Shown: positions 28,639-43,166, counted from the first letter of the stretch. The stretch is 64,000 nucleotides of DNA from Hypanus sabinus (GCF_030144855.1 NC_082731.1:23498001-23562000); one strand, 5' to 3'. Numbers and translations are program-made. Notes: a model not told the origin generated them from the sequence alone.

Positions 28639-28803
28639 TTTAAGTTTGAAAAGATTAAATCAAGTATTATTTTAGAAAAGAAGTAAATCGTAAGTATCAA
28701 CCCATGTAATTAAGTACGAAAAGATTTGATTAAAGGGTGATTATAGTTTAAAAAATGAAGAGCGCCTAAAAGGCAGATGTCTACGTCGCCATCTTGAATC
28801 TTG

Positions 28804-31800
28804 AATATTTAAAGTATTCCATAGAGTAAATGCTAATATTATCTTTGCACTGGAGATCCATATTAGGAGGGAGGATAATCAACGGTTGTTTATGTTCTGG
28901 GAGTGTCAACAATTTCACTCGAATTGTACCGCCAAATTTAGGGGTTTGTCTATTTTTATAGACCCCTCAATTTCGTTTACACATCATGAAATTATTTCTG
29001 ATCCACAGGGCAGATTTTTGTTGATAACTGGTTCACTTTTTAATCGAAAAGTGGCTCTAGTTAATATTTATGCTCCAAACTTTGACAGCCCTGACTTTTT
29101 TAAACATTTATTTACTTCCCTTCCTATTCTAAATGAATATATGTTGATAATGTGTGGAGATTTCAATTGTTGTCTGAATCCTTTGATGGATAGGTCTAAA
29201 CCTATTCGAATTCTTCCGTATAGATCAGCCTTACTTATTAATTCCTTTATGGTTGATTCGGGAATTACTGAAATATGGCGGTTTTTGAACCATAATGATA
29301 AAGAATTTTCGTTTTTTTCACATGTATATCACAGTTATTCTAGAATTGATTATTTCCTTATTGATCATCGTTTATTAACAGATGTTACTGATTGTAATTA
29401 TGATTCTATTGCCTTTTCGGATCATGCACCTTTCAAGTTATCTATCAAGATTTCGGACTCTTCCAATAATACTAGATCTTGGAGAATTAACGCTACTGTG
29501 CTTCAAGATCCAGAATTTATCACCTTCATAAAACAGCAAATTGACTTGTTTTTTTTCAGCAAACTATACCGAAGAGATTGACAGAGGAATACTTTGGGAC
29601 TCTTTTAAGGCTTTTATCCGTGGACAAATTATCTCATATTCCGTCGGTAAAAGAAAGCAAAAATATTTAGATATAGCTTTATTGGTGGATAAAATTAAAG
29701 AAATTGATAAGATTTATTCCGTGACTCCTACTAAAAAACGTTATAAGAAGAGAGTTGAGCTTCAAATGGAACATAGCTTGAGAATCAATCAATTAAGCCC
29801 AGGGCTCAAATTTATATTCATAGTAATCGAACTGGTAAATAGTTAGCCAACCAATTAAAAGCTATTTCGACTAAGCGACAAATTATTAAAATTCGTAAAC
29901 AAGATGGTAATCTGACTACTGATCATAAATAAATTAATAATACTTTCCAAGATTTTTACAAATCTTTATATCAATCAGAATTTGATGGTGATCTGTCCAT
30001 GATGGATAATTTTTTTAACAATTTGAATATTCCCAAACTGACAGATGAAGATCGAAGCTTGTTCGATGCTCCTTTTTCTATGGCCGATGATAGGAGAGGC
30101 TACCTCATCAATGAATTCAGGGAAAGCTCCTGGTCCTGATGGTTATATTATAGAATTTTTAAAAACTTTTTCTTCTTCGCTTTCCCCTTGGTTATGTGAA
30201 ATCTTTAATGATGCATTTACTAAGAAGAAATTACTCCAGTCTTTTTATGAAGCTACTATCTCTCTAATTCTTAAAAAAAAAGGATAAGGATCCTACTTTA
30301 TCTGCATCTTATCGCCCTATATCGCTATCTAAGATTCTTACAAAAATTTTATCTATTTGGTTAGAAAAGTTACTATCACAGATTATTTCAGAAGACCAAA
30401 CTGGTTTTATTAGGAACCGGTATTCCTTTTTTAATGTTAAAAAATTGATTAATATAATTTACACTTCTTCACCCACAACCTCAAAATGTGTTATTTCATT
30501 ACATGCTGAAAAAGCTTTTGATAGAGTTGAATGGACATACTTATTGAATGCCTTGAGAAATTTTAATTTTAGTCCTAATTTTATATCATGGATTAAATTA
30601 ATATATTATAAACCTGTTGCTTCTGTTCTTACAAATAATTACAGATCCTCTTTTTTTTCAATTATCTCGTGGTACGAGACAAGGTTGTCCCTTAAGTCCT
30701 TTATTATTTAATATCGCATTAGAACCTTTGGCCATCGCTATTCGTGAATCTCCTAATATTTTTGGTATTACCCGTAATGAGAAGTTATATAAGTTATCAC
30801 TTTATGCTGATGACTTGTTGTTATATATTTCTGATCCTGACAGGACTATTTCAGCTATTTTATCCTTGTTGGTTCAATTTGGTAGTTTTTCTGGTTATTA
30901 TCTAAACTTGGATAAGAGTGAATTATTCCCTTTAAATGCGCAAACTTTATTGAATGACAGGACACCATTTAAAGTTGCTACTGATAACTTTATTTATTTA
31001 GGTATAAAAATTACCAAGAAATATAAAGTTTTATTCAGATTGAATTGTTCACCTATGTTTCATCAAATTCAACAACTTACTACAAGATGGTCTCCCTTAT
31101 CCTTATTAGTTGGTCGGATTAATGCTATTAAAATGATGATTTTACCGATTTTTTAATATTTATTTCAAACCTTACCAATTTTTATTCCTAAATCTTTTTT
31201 GATAACATTGATTCAAAAATTTCCTCTTTTGTGTGGCAAAATAAAAACCCCAGGTTAAGTAAAAGACAGTTACAAAAATCTAAAAAAGATGGTGGTTTAG
31301 CTTTAGCTAACTTTAGATTTTACTATTGGGCGAATAATACTCGACACTTAATATATTGGAAATTAGATTTGGATTCACCATTGTGCCCACAGTGGGTAAA
31401 TTTAGAATGCAATGACGCACAGGGATATCCTTTATTCTTCCTTCTTGGTTCTTCTCTTCCTGCTGATTTAGTTAAATTCAATAAACAGATATCCAACCCT
31501 ATTGTCAAACACACGTTACGAATTTGGTTTAAATTTCGTAAGTGTTTTACTCTGAAAAACTTTGTTCTTGATAGCCCTATCTTACTTAACTTCTTTTTTT
31601 AAACCTTCTTTGACAGATCAAGCTTTTAGCACATCGAAAAGGAAAGGTATAATATGTTTCGTGATCTTTTTTCTGAAGGTAGTTTGATGTCTTTTGACCA
31701 ACTTTCCAACAAATTTAAGTTAGCTGAATCTAATATTTTTAGATATTTACAAATCAGAATTTTTTTATATAAAGTTCTACCATCCTTCCCCAATTCAAAT

Positions 31801-32486
31801 TTGATCGATTTTTCAGATATGATTTTTACCTTGAATCCTTGTCAGAAGGGATTAGTGGCTCGTATTTATAATATGATTATGAAGATACAACCAGAAATAT
31901 CAGGTAGAATTAAACAAGAATGGGAAAAAGAACTTCAATATAACATATCAACAGAAAAATGGGAAAAACATTACAAATGGTAAATACTTCTTCTATATGT
32001 GCTAAACATGCTTTAATACAATTTAAGGTTGTGCATAGAGCTCATATGTCTAAAGATAAGCTTGCTCGATTCTATTCTCATATTAACCCTCAATGTGACA
32101 GATGTCATTCAGATGTGGCCTCATTGACCCACATGTTTTGGTCAGGTCCCACCTTACATAACTATTGGAAGGACATATTTGATACCATTTCCTCAATTTG
32201 GAATATTGATTTACAACCCCATTTTATTACCGCAATTTTTGGTATACCAAATGAGGATGGTAACCGGCTTTCCCCTTCAATTAGACGAATGATCGCCTTT
32301 GCAACATTAATGGCCAGAAGGTCAATATTACAAAATTGGAAAGAAATAAATCCTACCACGTTTCAGTGGTTCTCTCAAACGATTTCTGATCTGAGCTTAG
32401 AAAAAATTAGAAGCACTATTTTTGACTCGTCAATTAAATTTCAAGAAACTTGGGGACCGTTCATTCGACACTTTCATATGAATTAA
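28804..32486 (+). pseudogene. L1 ORF2p (APE endonuclease, RT, CCHC zinc finger), multiple frameshifts
   Basis: GDFN, YSRIDYF, SDHAP; [15 protein letters not shown]; CDRCHSDVASLTHMFW. Confidence 0.93.
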
Positions 32487-32849
32487 TTTGGCCTCTTCCA
32501 GACCTTTTCACTTTTCATTCTTGTTCTGGTATGGAGTTCCGGAGTTTTTGACACTATCATATGCATATAAACTGTTATTATTGCCCATGATAGTTTAGTT
32601 TAGGTTTATTTTTTTCCAATGTATATATTTGTTTCTCTTGTATTTTTATTTTTTTTCTTTTGATGATTATTCTTACTGTATTTCATGTATAATTAATATA
32701 GGCTTGATTGATTAATGTACTATTTTTGCTGATATTTTAATAAGATATTGTTATCTTATTACTAATTTAACTTCAAGTATAGTGCACTTATAACCTATTA
32801 AATATTATGTTATGTTTTTTATATATGAAATTTTAAAGAAAAGATTGAA

Positions 32850-33276
32850 NNNNNNNNNNNNNNNNNNNNNNNNNNNNNNNNNNNNNNNNNNNNNNNNNNN
32901 NNNNNNNNNNNNNNNNNNNNNNNNNNNNNNNNNNNNNNNNNNNNNNNNNNNNNNNNNNNNNNNNNNNNNNNNNNNNNNNNNNNNNNNNNNNNNNNNNNNN
33001 NNNNNNNNNNNNNNNNNNNNNNNNNNNNNNNNNNNNNNNNNNNNNNNNNNNNNNNNNNNNNNNNNNNNNNNNNNNNNNNNNNNNNNNNNNNNNNNNNNNN
33101 NNNNNNNNNNNNNNNNNNNNNNNNNNNNNNNNNNNNNNNNNNNNNNNNNNNNNNNNNNNNNNNNNNNNNNNNNNNNNNNNNNNNNNNNNNNNNNNNNNNN
33201 NNNNNNNNNNNNNNNNNNNNNNNNNNNNNNNNNNNNNNNNNNNNNNNNNNNNNNNNNNNNNNNNNNNNNNNNNNNN
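32850..33276. other. Assembly gap (N run) covering the L1 3' end
   Basis: 427 N. Confidence 1.
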
Positions 33277-34929
33277 CAATTATGGGCCTGCCGTTTTGAC
33301 GTCAGTATTGGGCAAATTAATAGAAAGTATTCTTAGAGGTGATATGCATAATTATCTGGATAGACAGTGTCTGAGTAGTAACAGTCAACATGGTTTTGAG
33401 AGTGGAAGGTCATGTTTGACAAATCTCAATGAATACCTTGAAGAGTTTACGAAGGAAAGCTGACGAAGTTAAAGCCGTGTATCGTGTCTATATGGACTTC
33501 TGTAAGGCCATTGACAAGGTTCCACACGGAAGGTTAGTCAGGAACGTTCAATCGTTAGGTATTAGTATTGATGAACTCAAATGGATTCAACAGTGGCTGG
33601 ATGGGAGATGCCAGAGAGTAGTGGTGCTTAGCTGTTTGTCAGGTTGGAGGCCGTTGGGCCTCAGGAATCTGTACTGGGTCCAATGTAGTTTGTCATATAC
33701 ATTAATGATTTAGACGATATAGTGGTAAATTGGATTAGTGATGATACTAAGGTGGGTGGCGTTGTCGATAATGAAGTAGGTTTTCAAAGCTTGCAAAGAG
33801 ATTCAGGCCAGTTACAAGAGTAGGCTGAATGATCGCAGATGGAGTTTAATGCTTATAAATGTGGGGTGCTACAGTTTGGTAGGAATAATCCACATAGGAC
33901 ATACATGGTAAATGATAGGGCATTGGCGAATGCAGTAGAACAGAGTGATCTAGGAATACTGGTTCATAGATCCCTGAAGGTGGAATCTCATGTGGATAGA
34001 GTGGTGAAGAAAGATTTGGTATTTTGTCCTTTATAAAGCAGAGCACTGAGTATTTTTAGTTGGGATGTAATGCTATAATTATAAAAGGGATTGTTATGGC
34101 TGAATCTGGAGTATTGTGTACATTTCTGGTCACCGAATTATAGGAAAGATGTCAAAAAATAGTGAGAATACGGAGAAAATTAATTGTAATATTACCTGGG
34201 TTTCAGCACCTAACGTATAGCGGAAGGTTGAACAGTTTAGTTTTTTTTATTCTTTGGTGCGTAGAAGGTCGAGGGGACACTTGATAGATTTATTTAAAAT
34301 TATTAGGGGTATAGATAGAGATGACGTGGATAGACTTTTTTTTTCCATTGAGAGCAGGGGAGATTCAAGCAAGAGCACATGAGTTGAGATTTAGAGGGCA
34401 AATGTTTAAGGGTAACATGAGGGGGAATTTAATTATTCAGAGGGTGGAGGCTGTGCGGAACGATCGTCCAGCAGAAGTGGAACTGGCAGGCTCGGTATAG
34501 TCATTAACAAAAATTGAATAGGTATATGGACTGGAACGGAATGGAGGGTTATGTGCTAAGTGCGGGTCATTGGGATTAGGTGAGAGTAAGAGTTCGGCAC
34601 GGATTAAAAGGGCCGAGATGGCCTGTTACCCTGCTGATTTTTTTATATAATTAGAAGGTTATTTCTTATAAATGTAAATAAAATATGTATTACTATATAT
34701 ATATATTTAGATAAATTAACAGAGAGATAGCCAGCTACATAAGTATGTCCATCTTCCAGGTGGGACAGTCCATGTATGGGTTATAACGGCTTAACCAGTG
34801 GTGGCCGTGAACTCTAGAGGGTTAAAGAGTGGATATTATATTATAAACAAACAATATGAAATAGTATGGATGTGGAAACATACAGACAAACAGACAAATT
34901 TTATTGACCCAGAGGGAAATTGGGTTTGT

Positions 34930-35340
34930 TTACTGCCGCACCGGCTAAGAATAGTGAAGATATATAGCAATTTAAAAACCATAAATAATTAAATAATAAT
35001 AAGTTAATCACGCCTAGTTGAAATAAGTCCAGGACTAGCTTATTGGCTCATGGTGTCTGACACACGGAAGTTGGAGGTGAAATGTTTGGTGGCCACAGGT
35101 ATTAATGAATTCCTATGACGCTCAGTGTTACATCTCCGTGGAATGTATCTGTCTGAATGTATTCCTTTGCCTAACCACTACAGTATGGAGTGGATGTGTC
35201 ATTGTCCAAAATGGTATGCAACTTGGACAGCATCCACTTTTCAGACACCACCGTCAGAGAGTCCAGTTCCAACCCCACATCATCACTGGCCTTACTAATG
35301 AATTCGTTGATTCTGTTGTCGTCTGCTACAATTAGCCTGC
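34930..35340 (-). mobile_element. Rex1/Babar-like LINE 3' fragment
   Basis: Minus-strand KLISKASDDVGLELDSL...LSKLHTILDN-type C-terminal RT sequence. Confidence 0.6.
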
Positions 35341-37309
35341 TGCCCCAGCACAAAAAAAAAAAAAATACACACATAATAAAACTGGGCACCACAGACTCAT
35401 AGAATCTGCATCGTCCAGTAGATTTCATGCGAAAAGAACAAAGTTACAATAGTCATGGCGAACTCCTTATGCAGGTTTACTAGGAAAATCGAAACGTTAT
35501 TGAATGACAGGTGGAAGAGCTTATACAGTGCCTTCAAGATAAACTTTTTTTAGTACAGCTTTTGTTTGAAACCCATATAAAGTCGGGTTTTCAGGTTTGC
35601 GCTGGTGCAGTGCATAGAAATTGATTAGAGCTATTAAGGAAAACGTACTCTTTTGGGCACATGATCATAAGAAGAACCGATTCTCCGTGAAATTTCAGAC
35701 AGGAGACCACACGACAGATGTATTAGCATTATTCTTAATACATTGTATTAAAGAGATATTTATTGTTCATGACTGCACTTTTTCTGTGAATGTTATGCAG
35801 TCCTGTGTAGGTCTGTAGACTAGTGTAGCTTTCTCTGTGTTGTTTTTTATTACTTCGTTCAGTCTTATTTTTTGTACTGTGTCATGTAACACCATGGCCC
35901 AGAAAGAACGTTTGTCTCACGTTTACTATGCACTGTACCAGCAGTTATGGTCGAAATTACAATGAAAGTTAATGGACATGACATGAGAGAGGAGTTGGAT
36001 AGATATTACTGGATAAGAACTCCAGCATAGATGTCGGCCCATCAGGATGTCTGGAATTTCGGGAAGCAATTCAAATGGCAACGGACATGTACAGGCAGAG
36101 TGGATGTAGCTCGGATGATTCTTATGATGTGAGAGCTAACAGCAGAAGATACAGTCTCAGAATAGAGAAGCGTCATTTTAGAAAGCAGACAATGAAGGAT
36201 TTCGTTTTTGAAGATAGTGGTGAGTCTGCGGTCTTCTTTACCACAGACAGCTATGGAGCCCAAGCATTTAAGTCTATGTAAGGCAGAGGGCGGACAGATT
36301 TTTGATTGGTCAGGTTGTGAAAGGATGTGGGTAGAAAGCAGGAGATTTGGGCTTAGAGAAAATTGGATCTGCCGTGACGAAATGACGGAGCATAGCGATG
36401 GACTATATGTCCAAACTATTTTGTCATATCTAAAGATGTTATGGTATTGTAAAGTTTTGAAATAGTTCAGGGGTGATTGCTTCACTCACTCAAGATTAAT
36501 GGTGTCACGGCAAATTAAGTGAACACATTTCTGTAGTATATTCCATCTTTTTTGCAAAATGTAATTTACTTCTCACTGGAGATACGACCAGTCGAAAGAT
36601 ATTGCGATAGATTAATTACTTATATATAAACAAATACATAGTACAGATCTCTCTGTAAATTTCATGAAAAAAAACTCAGAATCAGTGCTAGTTTTAAAAT
36701 TTGGAAGTTCTCATCAAATGTAACTATCTTGTGATCGATTAAATTCGGAAACAACGTATTGCTAGTGTTGAAATAGAATTACCAAATGAGTGGTGATAAT
36801 CAATGACATCAGCTTAAGAATAATGCAGAACGCGAGAAATGTTTGCCCAATATCAAATGCCAATGACGTGTTCGAAGTGAATACATAGCACGTTTTAACT
36901 GAACGATTTTGCTGTACAATTTTATCTAATGAGGGTGTATGCCATTTGTTGCCTTTGACTTGTAAGGAAGTAATTCAAAGTATTCATTTATCAGTGCTGA
37001 CAACTGCGTAAGTCAGATATGAGGCGGAATATTCATTTAATTTTAATTAAACACAGAACTACTGCCGAAATTACAGTAGATTTAAAGACAGGGAAAGCAA
37101 TGGATGAACTAAAATGATCAATGCCAAAGCCAACTGGAGACGTCAATGCTGAGAGAATCTCCCTGTGTATACATGTAAAGCCGTGGATTTACTCCTTCAG
37201 AGTTGAATATGCATTTAAGTGCTGCTTGATTAGTTTCATCTTTATCGACGTCTCGAGGAAACTATAATTGTCGGGTACTTAAGATCTTCCTAATGATTGA
37301 GATATTTCA

Positions 37310-37600
37310 GCAGATTTTGCACATAGTGCCCAGGTACATGGTAGAGTCGGACATAAGGAGCTTGTGAGGCGAACATTGTGTTCCGATTGCTGGAAGATTA
37401 TCGGTCTACTGCAGATCGATTTTGTGAAGTGTCACTTTGATACTACGGAACTGCTGGTCTGGACGAATTGTTGTAACATGCGTGCACTGGAAAACGCTTG
37501 GAAGTGCATTGCCTGTCTGCAAAATACAGTTTAGGACAATTTTATGTTTATGTTCGAACAAGATTTCGTCATCTGAATGCTTCTGCGTGTGATTATCGCT
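37310..37600 (-). pseudogene. Candidate decayed TCR alpha/delta-like V segment relic
   Basis: Minus strand: pyrimidine tract/AG, then DNHTQ...IVLNCILQT (FR1 Cys), RPDQQ (FR2-like), RLTSSL and LMSDSTMY (FR3-like), followed by CACTATG; Trp and second Cys not intact; no nonamer found. Confidence 0.4.
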
Positions 37601-37949
37601 GCAAAGTCGCAAGGGTTCCTCAGTTGATATATATATATAAATATCTACCGATCATGTGGAAAATCTAGAGAAGTAAAATTTGTCTTCTGATCTAAGAAGC
37701 AATGCGCAACGCCAACGAAGTTAAATTTGAGCAAAGTGTCAAATTGTCACGTGACACTGAAGATCAAAACAGCACGTTTTCTTCAGAATTTATAAAGGGA
37801 AAGCATATGACGAATAATTTGCGGTCAGTGTGTTTTGTTTCCAAATCCTGACCTATTTCGTCCTTTGAATACGTAATAAATAAAACTAGATAAGAAAGTA
37901 AATATTTAAAGTTAAAAAAGACGGTAAGAACAAAATACGTTGGGGAGAG

Positions 37950-39450
37950 ATAAACCATCTTGTCCATTGAGTCTGCTCCGCCATTCTGTCTTTGCTGACC
38001 TTCATTTCTCTCCAACACAATCCCAGTCCCCGGCCTTCTCCCGGGAGCCTTTGTTGCCAAGAAGCTATCAGTGTTTGTCTTAAATACCACCCGGAATAAA
38101 CAAATTCAACACGCTTTAGATAAAAAAAAGAAGTCTCTGCATCTCTGTTTCGAAAGGACGCTCCTCAAACTGAGACTGTGGCTTCCTGCCCAGGATTCAT
38201 CCGTTCCAAATATCGTCTGTCCAAATATACTGCATCCTCTACAGTACATCCGCTTTATCTATCCTATGTTTAATCTTCTTATAGAATTCCACACGGGCCT
38301 TCAGGCAGTATGTTGCGTAAAAAAAAACCATGCTGACTTTTAACTATCTTGTCCTTTGTCAAAAAGTACTCGATCTGCTTATCCTTAATTAGTGACTTGA
38401 AATTCTCCCTAACCACTGTCGTCTGGCTAACTGGTCTATAATTTCCTTCGCGTTGTTATCTCCGTTTCTTAAAGTGTGCAGTGATATTTGCAATTTTACA
38501 GTATTATGGTTGTATGTCACTGTTCAGAACGTCTGCATACACTTTATTTTAAATTATTGCCTTCTGGGCTATCCTGAGTCTCTTCACTCCGGTTGCAGAT
38601 CACTGCTAAATTAGATTAAACCCTACACTACAACTCTAATAATTCTTCCAGCGAGAATATCGGTCCCCCTCGAGTGCCGGTGCAAGCCGTAATTTCTCAT
38701 ACCTCCCTCAGCAGAAATGCAAATTATCAAGAACGTGAAGCCCTGCCCCCTGCACTATCTTCTCTGCCACGTATTTTTCTGCCAAATCATTCTATTACAC
38801 TCACTGGGGCGTAACACTGTCCGCAATCCAGAAATTACTAATCTGGACGTTTTCCTTCGAGCTTTCTCCCAACTCTCCTAATTCTCCTTTCAGGAGAACA
38901 TTGCTTTAACTTCCTACATAACTGTTAGCAATATATACCAATATATGTAGCTGTTCCCCTTCCCTCTCCAAAATGTAGTGGACACGATTTGAGATATCCC
39001 TGAGGAGGCAACGTACCATCCCGGTGTCCCTTTGACGTCCACAGAAGCTCCTGTCTGATCCTTATGTACTGATTCTCCTATCACAACCGCTCCGTTATTC
39101 TCTATTCTCGTTCTGCAGCAAAGATCCATACTCACTGCCTGTAACCCGGTCGTTGTACAATTCTCCTGAAAGGTCATTCCTTACAAAATTATCTAAAGTG
39201 GTATACTTGTTTTTGAGGGGATTGCTCACAGGTGTGTTTTGCTCTTACTGCCTGATTTCATTTCTTCTGACAACCATCGAGCTACTCGCCTCCTGGCACT
39301 TCCGAGTGACTAGTTACTGTAACGTTGATCAATTATATCCTCACTCCCCCGTACCAGTCGAAGGTAATTCAGTTGCTGCTCCAAAGCCTAACATGATGCT
39401 ACAGCCGGTTGGACTTCCTACGGATGTACTTCGCTGTTAATAGCTATATT
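37950..39450 (-). mobile_element. Decayed CR1 fragments (3' end, RT and ORF1-like pieces)
   Basis: Reverse-complement similarity to the CR1 sequences elsewhere in the window. Confidence 0.6.
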
Positions 39451-39689
39451 AAAAATGACTAAATAAAAGTAAAAGTGAGTGGTAGTTATATAAATAGTTA
39501 CATACGTACACAAACACACGGATAAGAAGAGAGATAAATATCTATAAATCTTTAGATAGCTATAGAAACAGACAGTGAGATAGACTCGCGGATGGAAAAG
39601 TGGTTTCTTAGATAGATGGATAGGTTAGTATAAACAAATAAATAATTAAACTAACTTTCAATTTTTTTATCTGACACTACGCCTTTTAA

Positions 39690-41627
39690 AGTGCAACAGA
39701 GGATAACAGAAAAGGCAATACACCAAGAAGAAATGAGGTACGAAGGTAAACTAGCCAAGAATATAAAGGAGGATCGTAAAAGCTTCTTTAGGTATGTGAA
39801 TAGCAAAAAAATAGTTAAGATCGAACTTGGGCCATTGAAGACAGAAAAGGATGAACTTATTATTTGGAACAAGGAAATGGCAGATGAGTTGAACAGGCAC
39901 TTTGGATCTGCCTTCACTCGGGAAGACACAAACAATCTCCCGGATGTAATAGTGGCCAAAGGAAGGAGGGTAAAGGATGAACTAAACGAAATTTATATTA
40001 GGCAAGAAACGTTGTTGGAGACACTGTTAAGTCTGAAGACTCGTAAGTCCACGGGAGCTGATGGTCTGCATCCCAGGGTACTTAAAGAGGTGGCTCTAGA
40101 AATCGTGGACTCATTGATAATCATTTTCCAATCCTCTATAGATTCAGGAACAGTTCCTTCCGATTGCAGGGTGGCTAATGTTGTCCCACCTTTCAAGAAA
40201 GGAGGGAAAGAGAAAACTGGGAATTATAGACAGGTTAGACTGTCCTCAGTGAAGGAAAGATGCTGGAGTCAATTATAAAAGATGAAATTACGACACATTT
40301 CAATAGCAGTAGAAAAATCAGTCCGAGTCAGCATGGATTTATGAAGGGAAACTCATGCTTGACTAATCTTCTGGAGTTTTTGAGGATGTAGCTATGAAAA
40401 TGGACAAGGGAGAGCCAGTGGATGTAGTGTACCTAGACTTTCAGAAAGCGTTTGAGAAAGTCCCACATAGGAGATTAGTGGGCAAAATTAGGGCACATGG
40501 TATTGGGGGCAGAGTAGTGACATGGATTGAAAATTGGCTGCTGACAGGAAACAAAGTGTAGTGATTAACGGGTCCCTTTCGGAATGGCAGGCTTTGATCT
40601 GTGAGGTACCGCAATCGGTGCTGGGAACGCAGTTGTTTACAATATACATTAATGATTAACATGAAGGGATTAAAAGTAACATTAACAAGTTTGCTGATGG
40701 CACAAAGCCGGGTGTCAGTGTGAAATGTCAGGAGAATGTTATCAGAATGCAGGGTGACTTGGACAGTTTGGGTGATTGGGCAAATGTATGGCAGATGCAG
40801 TTTAATGTGTATAAATGTGAGGTTATCCACTTTGGTGGCAAAAACAGGAAGGCAGATTACTATCAAAATGGAGTCAAGTTTGGAATAGGGGAAGTACAAC
40901 GAGATCTAGGTGTTCTTGTACATCAGTCAATGAAAGGAAACATGCAGGTGCAGACGGCTGCGAAGAAAGCTAATGGGATGCTGGCTTTTATAACAAGAGG
41001 CAATGAGTACAGGAGTCAAGAGGTCCTTCTGCAGCTGTACAGGGCCCTGGTGAAACCCCACCTGGAGTATTGTATGGTGTTCTGATATCCAAATTTGAGG
41101 AAGGAATGTCTTGCTATTGAGGATGTGCAGCATAGGTTCACAAGATTAATTCACGGAATGCCGTGACTGTCATATGTTGAAAGATTGGAGCGACTGTGCT
41201 TGCATACACAGGATCTTTGGATAATAGGGGATCTGATTAAAACATATAAGATTATTAAGGGATTGGACACACTGGAGGCAGAAAGAATGTTCCCGGTGAT
41301 GGGTGAGTCCAGTACTAAAGGCCACAGTTTAAGAAGAAGGTGCAAGCCATTTACAACAGAGATGCGGAAACACTTTTTCATCCACAGAGTTATGTGGAAT
41401 GCTGTGCCCCAGAAGGCACTGGAGGGCAAGTCTCTGGATGCATTCAAGAGAGAGTTAGATAGAGCTGTTATAGATAGCGGGGTCAAGGGATACTGGGCCC
41501 TTGACCGGGGTTAAGGGCAGGAACGGAGTACTGATTGTGTATGACCAGCCATGATCACAGTGAATTGCGGTGCTGGCTGGAAGGACCGAATGATCCTACT
41601 CCTGCATCTACTTTATATTGTCTATTG
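39690..41627 (+). mobile_element. CR1 LINE, 5'-truncated RT half
   Basis: KSTGADGLHPRVLKE, YLDFQKAFEKV, LVKPHLEYC; CR1 3' tail ending ...ATATTGTCTATTG. Confidence 0.9.
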
Positions 41628-43166
41628 CCTGTTGATGCTAATTCCAAAAAAAATGTATCGAAAAAACGCTAACGTCTGAGTCTATTCATGCACATCCGAA
41701 GGGAGATAAAAATCCGGCAATTACTATCAGTTCCAGGCAGGCGTGATTCACTGCTCAGACACTAACGTCCTTTTGTAAAATATTTTGTTGATTCCGTTTT
41801 ATGGACTTGCTCTGCAAAGTTCAGTATGGACGATAAGGAGATAATTTCCTCCTTGTAGTAAAGCGGACCAGATTGAAAACACAAACAACATCACAAAGAA
41901 TTCATGGAATGACAAGAAATCCAGGACGACAAATACAGATAGCACTGTGATAAACAGATCAATCTGGCATATTAAAGGGACAAGCAGACAGTTAACACAA
42001 TCTGACTACATACATATACTTCGCCAAGTGCCAAAAATCGTTCACCAGATTTTTACTTAAACTACAATTTCATAAATGTAACCTTACGATGATATGAATT
42101 CAAACTGGATCAAATCTCAGACTGCGATTTCTCCAAATGATATCATGATTAATCTATCATTTCAGATAAAACAACCCATAATAACGAGCCGAATAAAATG
42201 TTAATCCTAAAAAGGTGAACAAATAAATACATACAGCCATGCCAGATGAACACGGCACACTGACATCAATAAGTGGAAAAACATAGAACAGAAACATGCT
42301 GACTTCAAGAAGAAAAATAATAGCTTCTAAATTTGGATTAATATCAAAGTTCCGAGAGCATTGCGAAAAGCATTAAATAATTAGGCCTGCACAATATTAA
42401 TAAATATTTTCAGCAAGTCATATACTAAACGCCACTAGAATATTTCAAGCTTTCTTGGATATGAGAAATGAGTAGGCTTAGTTAAGCCTGTTTTTCAGGT
42501 TTAAACAAACTGAGAAAAAGAAATATTCTGATACATTATGGCAACTGAAGGCGATGCGGGATAAGAACCACCCAGCAAATATTTTGAAGGAGTTACTGAG
42601 ACACTCAGTGAAAAGTTTGTTGCAGTCAAATCGATTCTATATAAATACATATCTGGACCCGGCGAAGAGGACTGAACTAAAAGACTTCAAGAACAAGGGA
42701 AAGAAATGTATAAAGGGCAATGAAAATAGACATATCACATAAAATAACAATCACCAAACCTGGCATAGAAGTAAAACAAACACAGAAAACGTATATTTAG
42801 TCTGGCCTCTTGTAAAAGATGGTGATCGGCTTTTAAGAGGAAAGATAGGTGAGGATGGAAATAGTACATCTTGTAGAATTCAACATTTGTAATCACCTGA
42901 AATCAGACAGTACATGATAAACGCTGCTATAAAATTTATAAGAAAATGAGAATGTGCCGGCAGTGGCAATCTTTATTATTATTTGCAGAATAATTTAACT
43001 TGACCATATCGGCATTTGTTTTTGATTCCGTCCCTTCTAGCACAGGAGTGACGTGTGCAATGTTTCAGTCCACCGGAAACATACCAAAATCATGTGATTC
43101 TTTGCAAGGTAATTACTAATCTTTCCAGCGTTTCTTCCTCTACCTTGCGGAGAGTACATCGTCTCC

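Larger units (their letters stand above)
26779..32849 (+). mobile_element. L1 retrotransposon with 5' inversion (5'UTR, ORF1 and ORF2 start on the minus strand at 26779-28800; rest of ORF2 and 3' UTR on the plus strand)
   Basis: Minus: 5' end GATTCAAGATGGCG at 28800, ORF1 28638-27988, ORF2 start MMDKSINVISWNTNGLNHPIKRK; plus: ORF2 continues IFKVFHRVNANIIF from 28804 to the stop at 32486; exact 21-bp inverted duplication at the breakpoints. Confidence 0.92.
24780..34650 (+). mobile_element. Near full-length CR1 (ORF1 esterase-like region plus ORF2), split by an L1 insertion at 26779
   Basis: GDSIVRG...VVIHVG esterase-like motifs at 24.8-25.2 kb; RT motifs in ORFs 26463-26813 and 33429-33713; CR1 sequence stops at ...AATAAGCCTA (~26781) and resumes as CAATTATGGGCCTG at 33277. 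Confidence 0.85.

Noticed and set aside
35500-35610. Plus-strand similarity to the NAR V 3' end and RSS spacer (GGGTTTTCAGGTTTGCGCTG)
   Set aside because: No heptamer, nonamer or YYC; short match within a small palindrome, likely chance.
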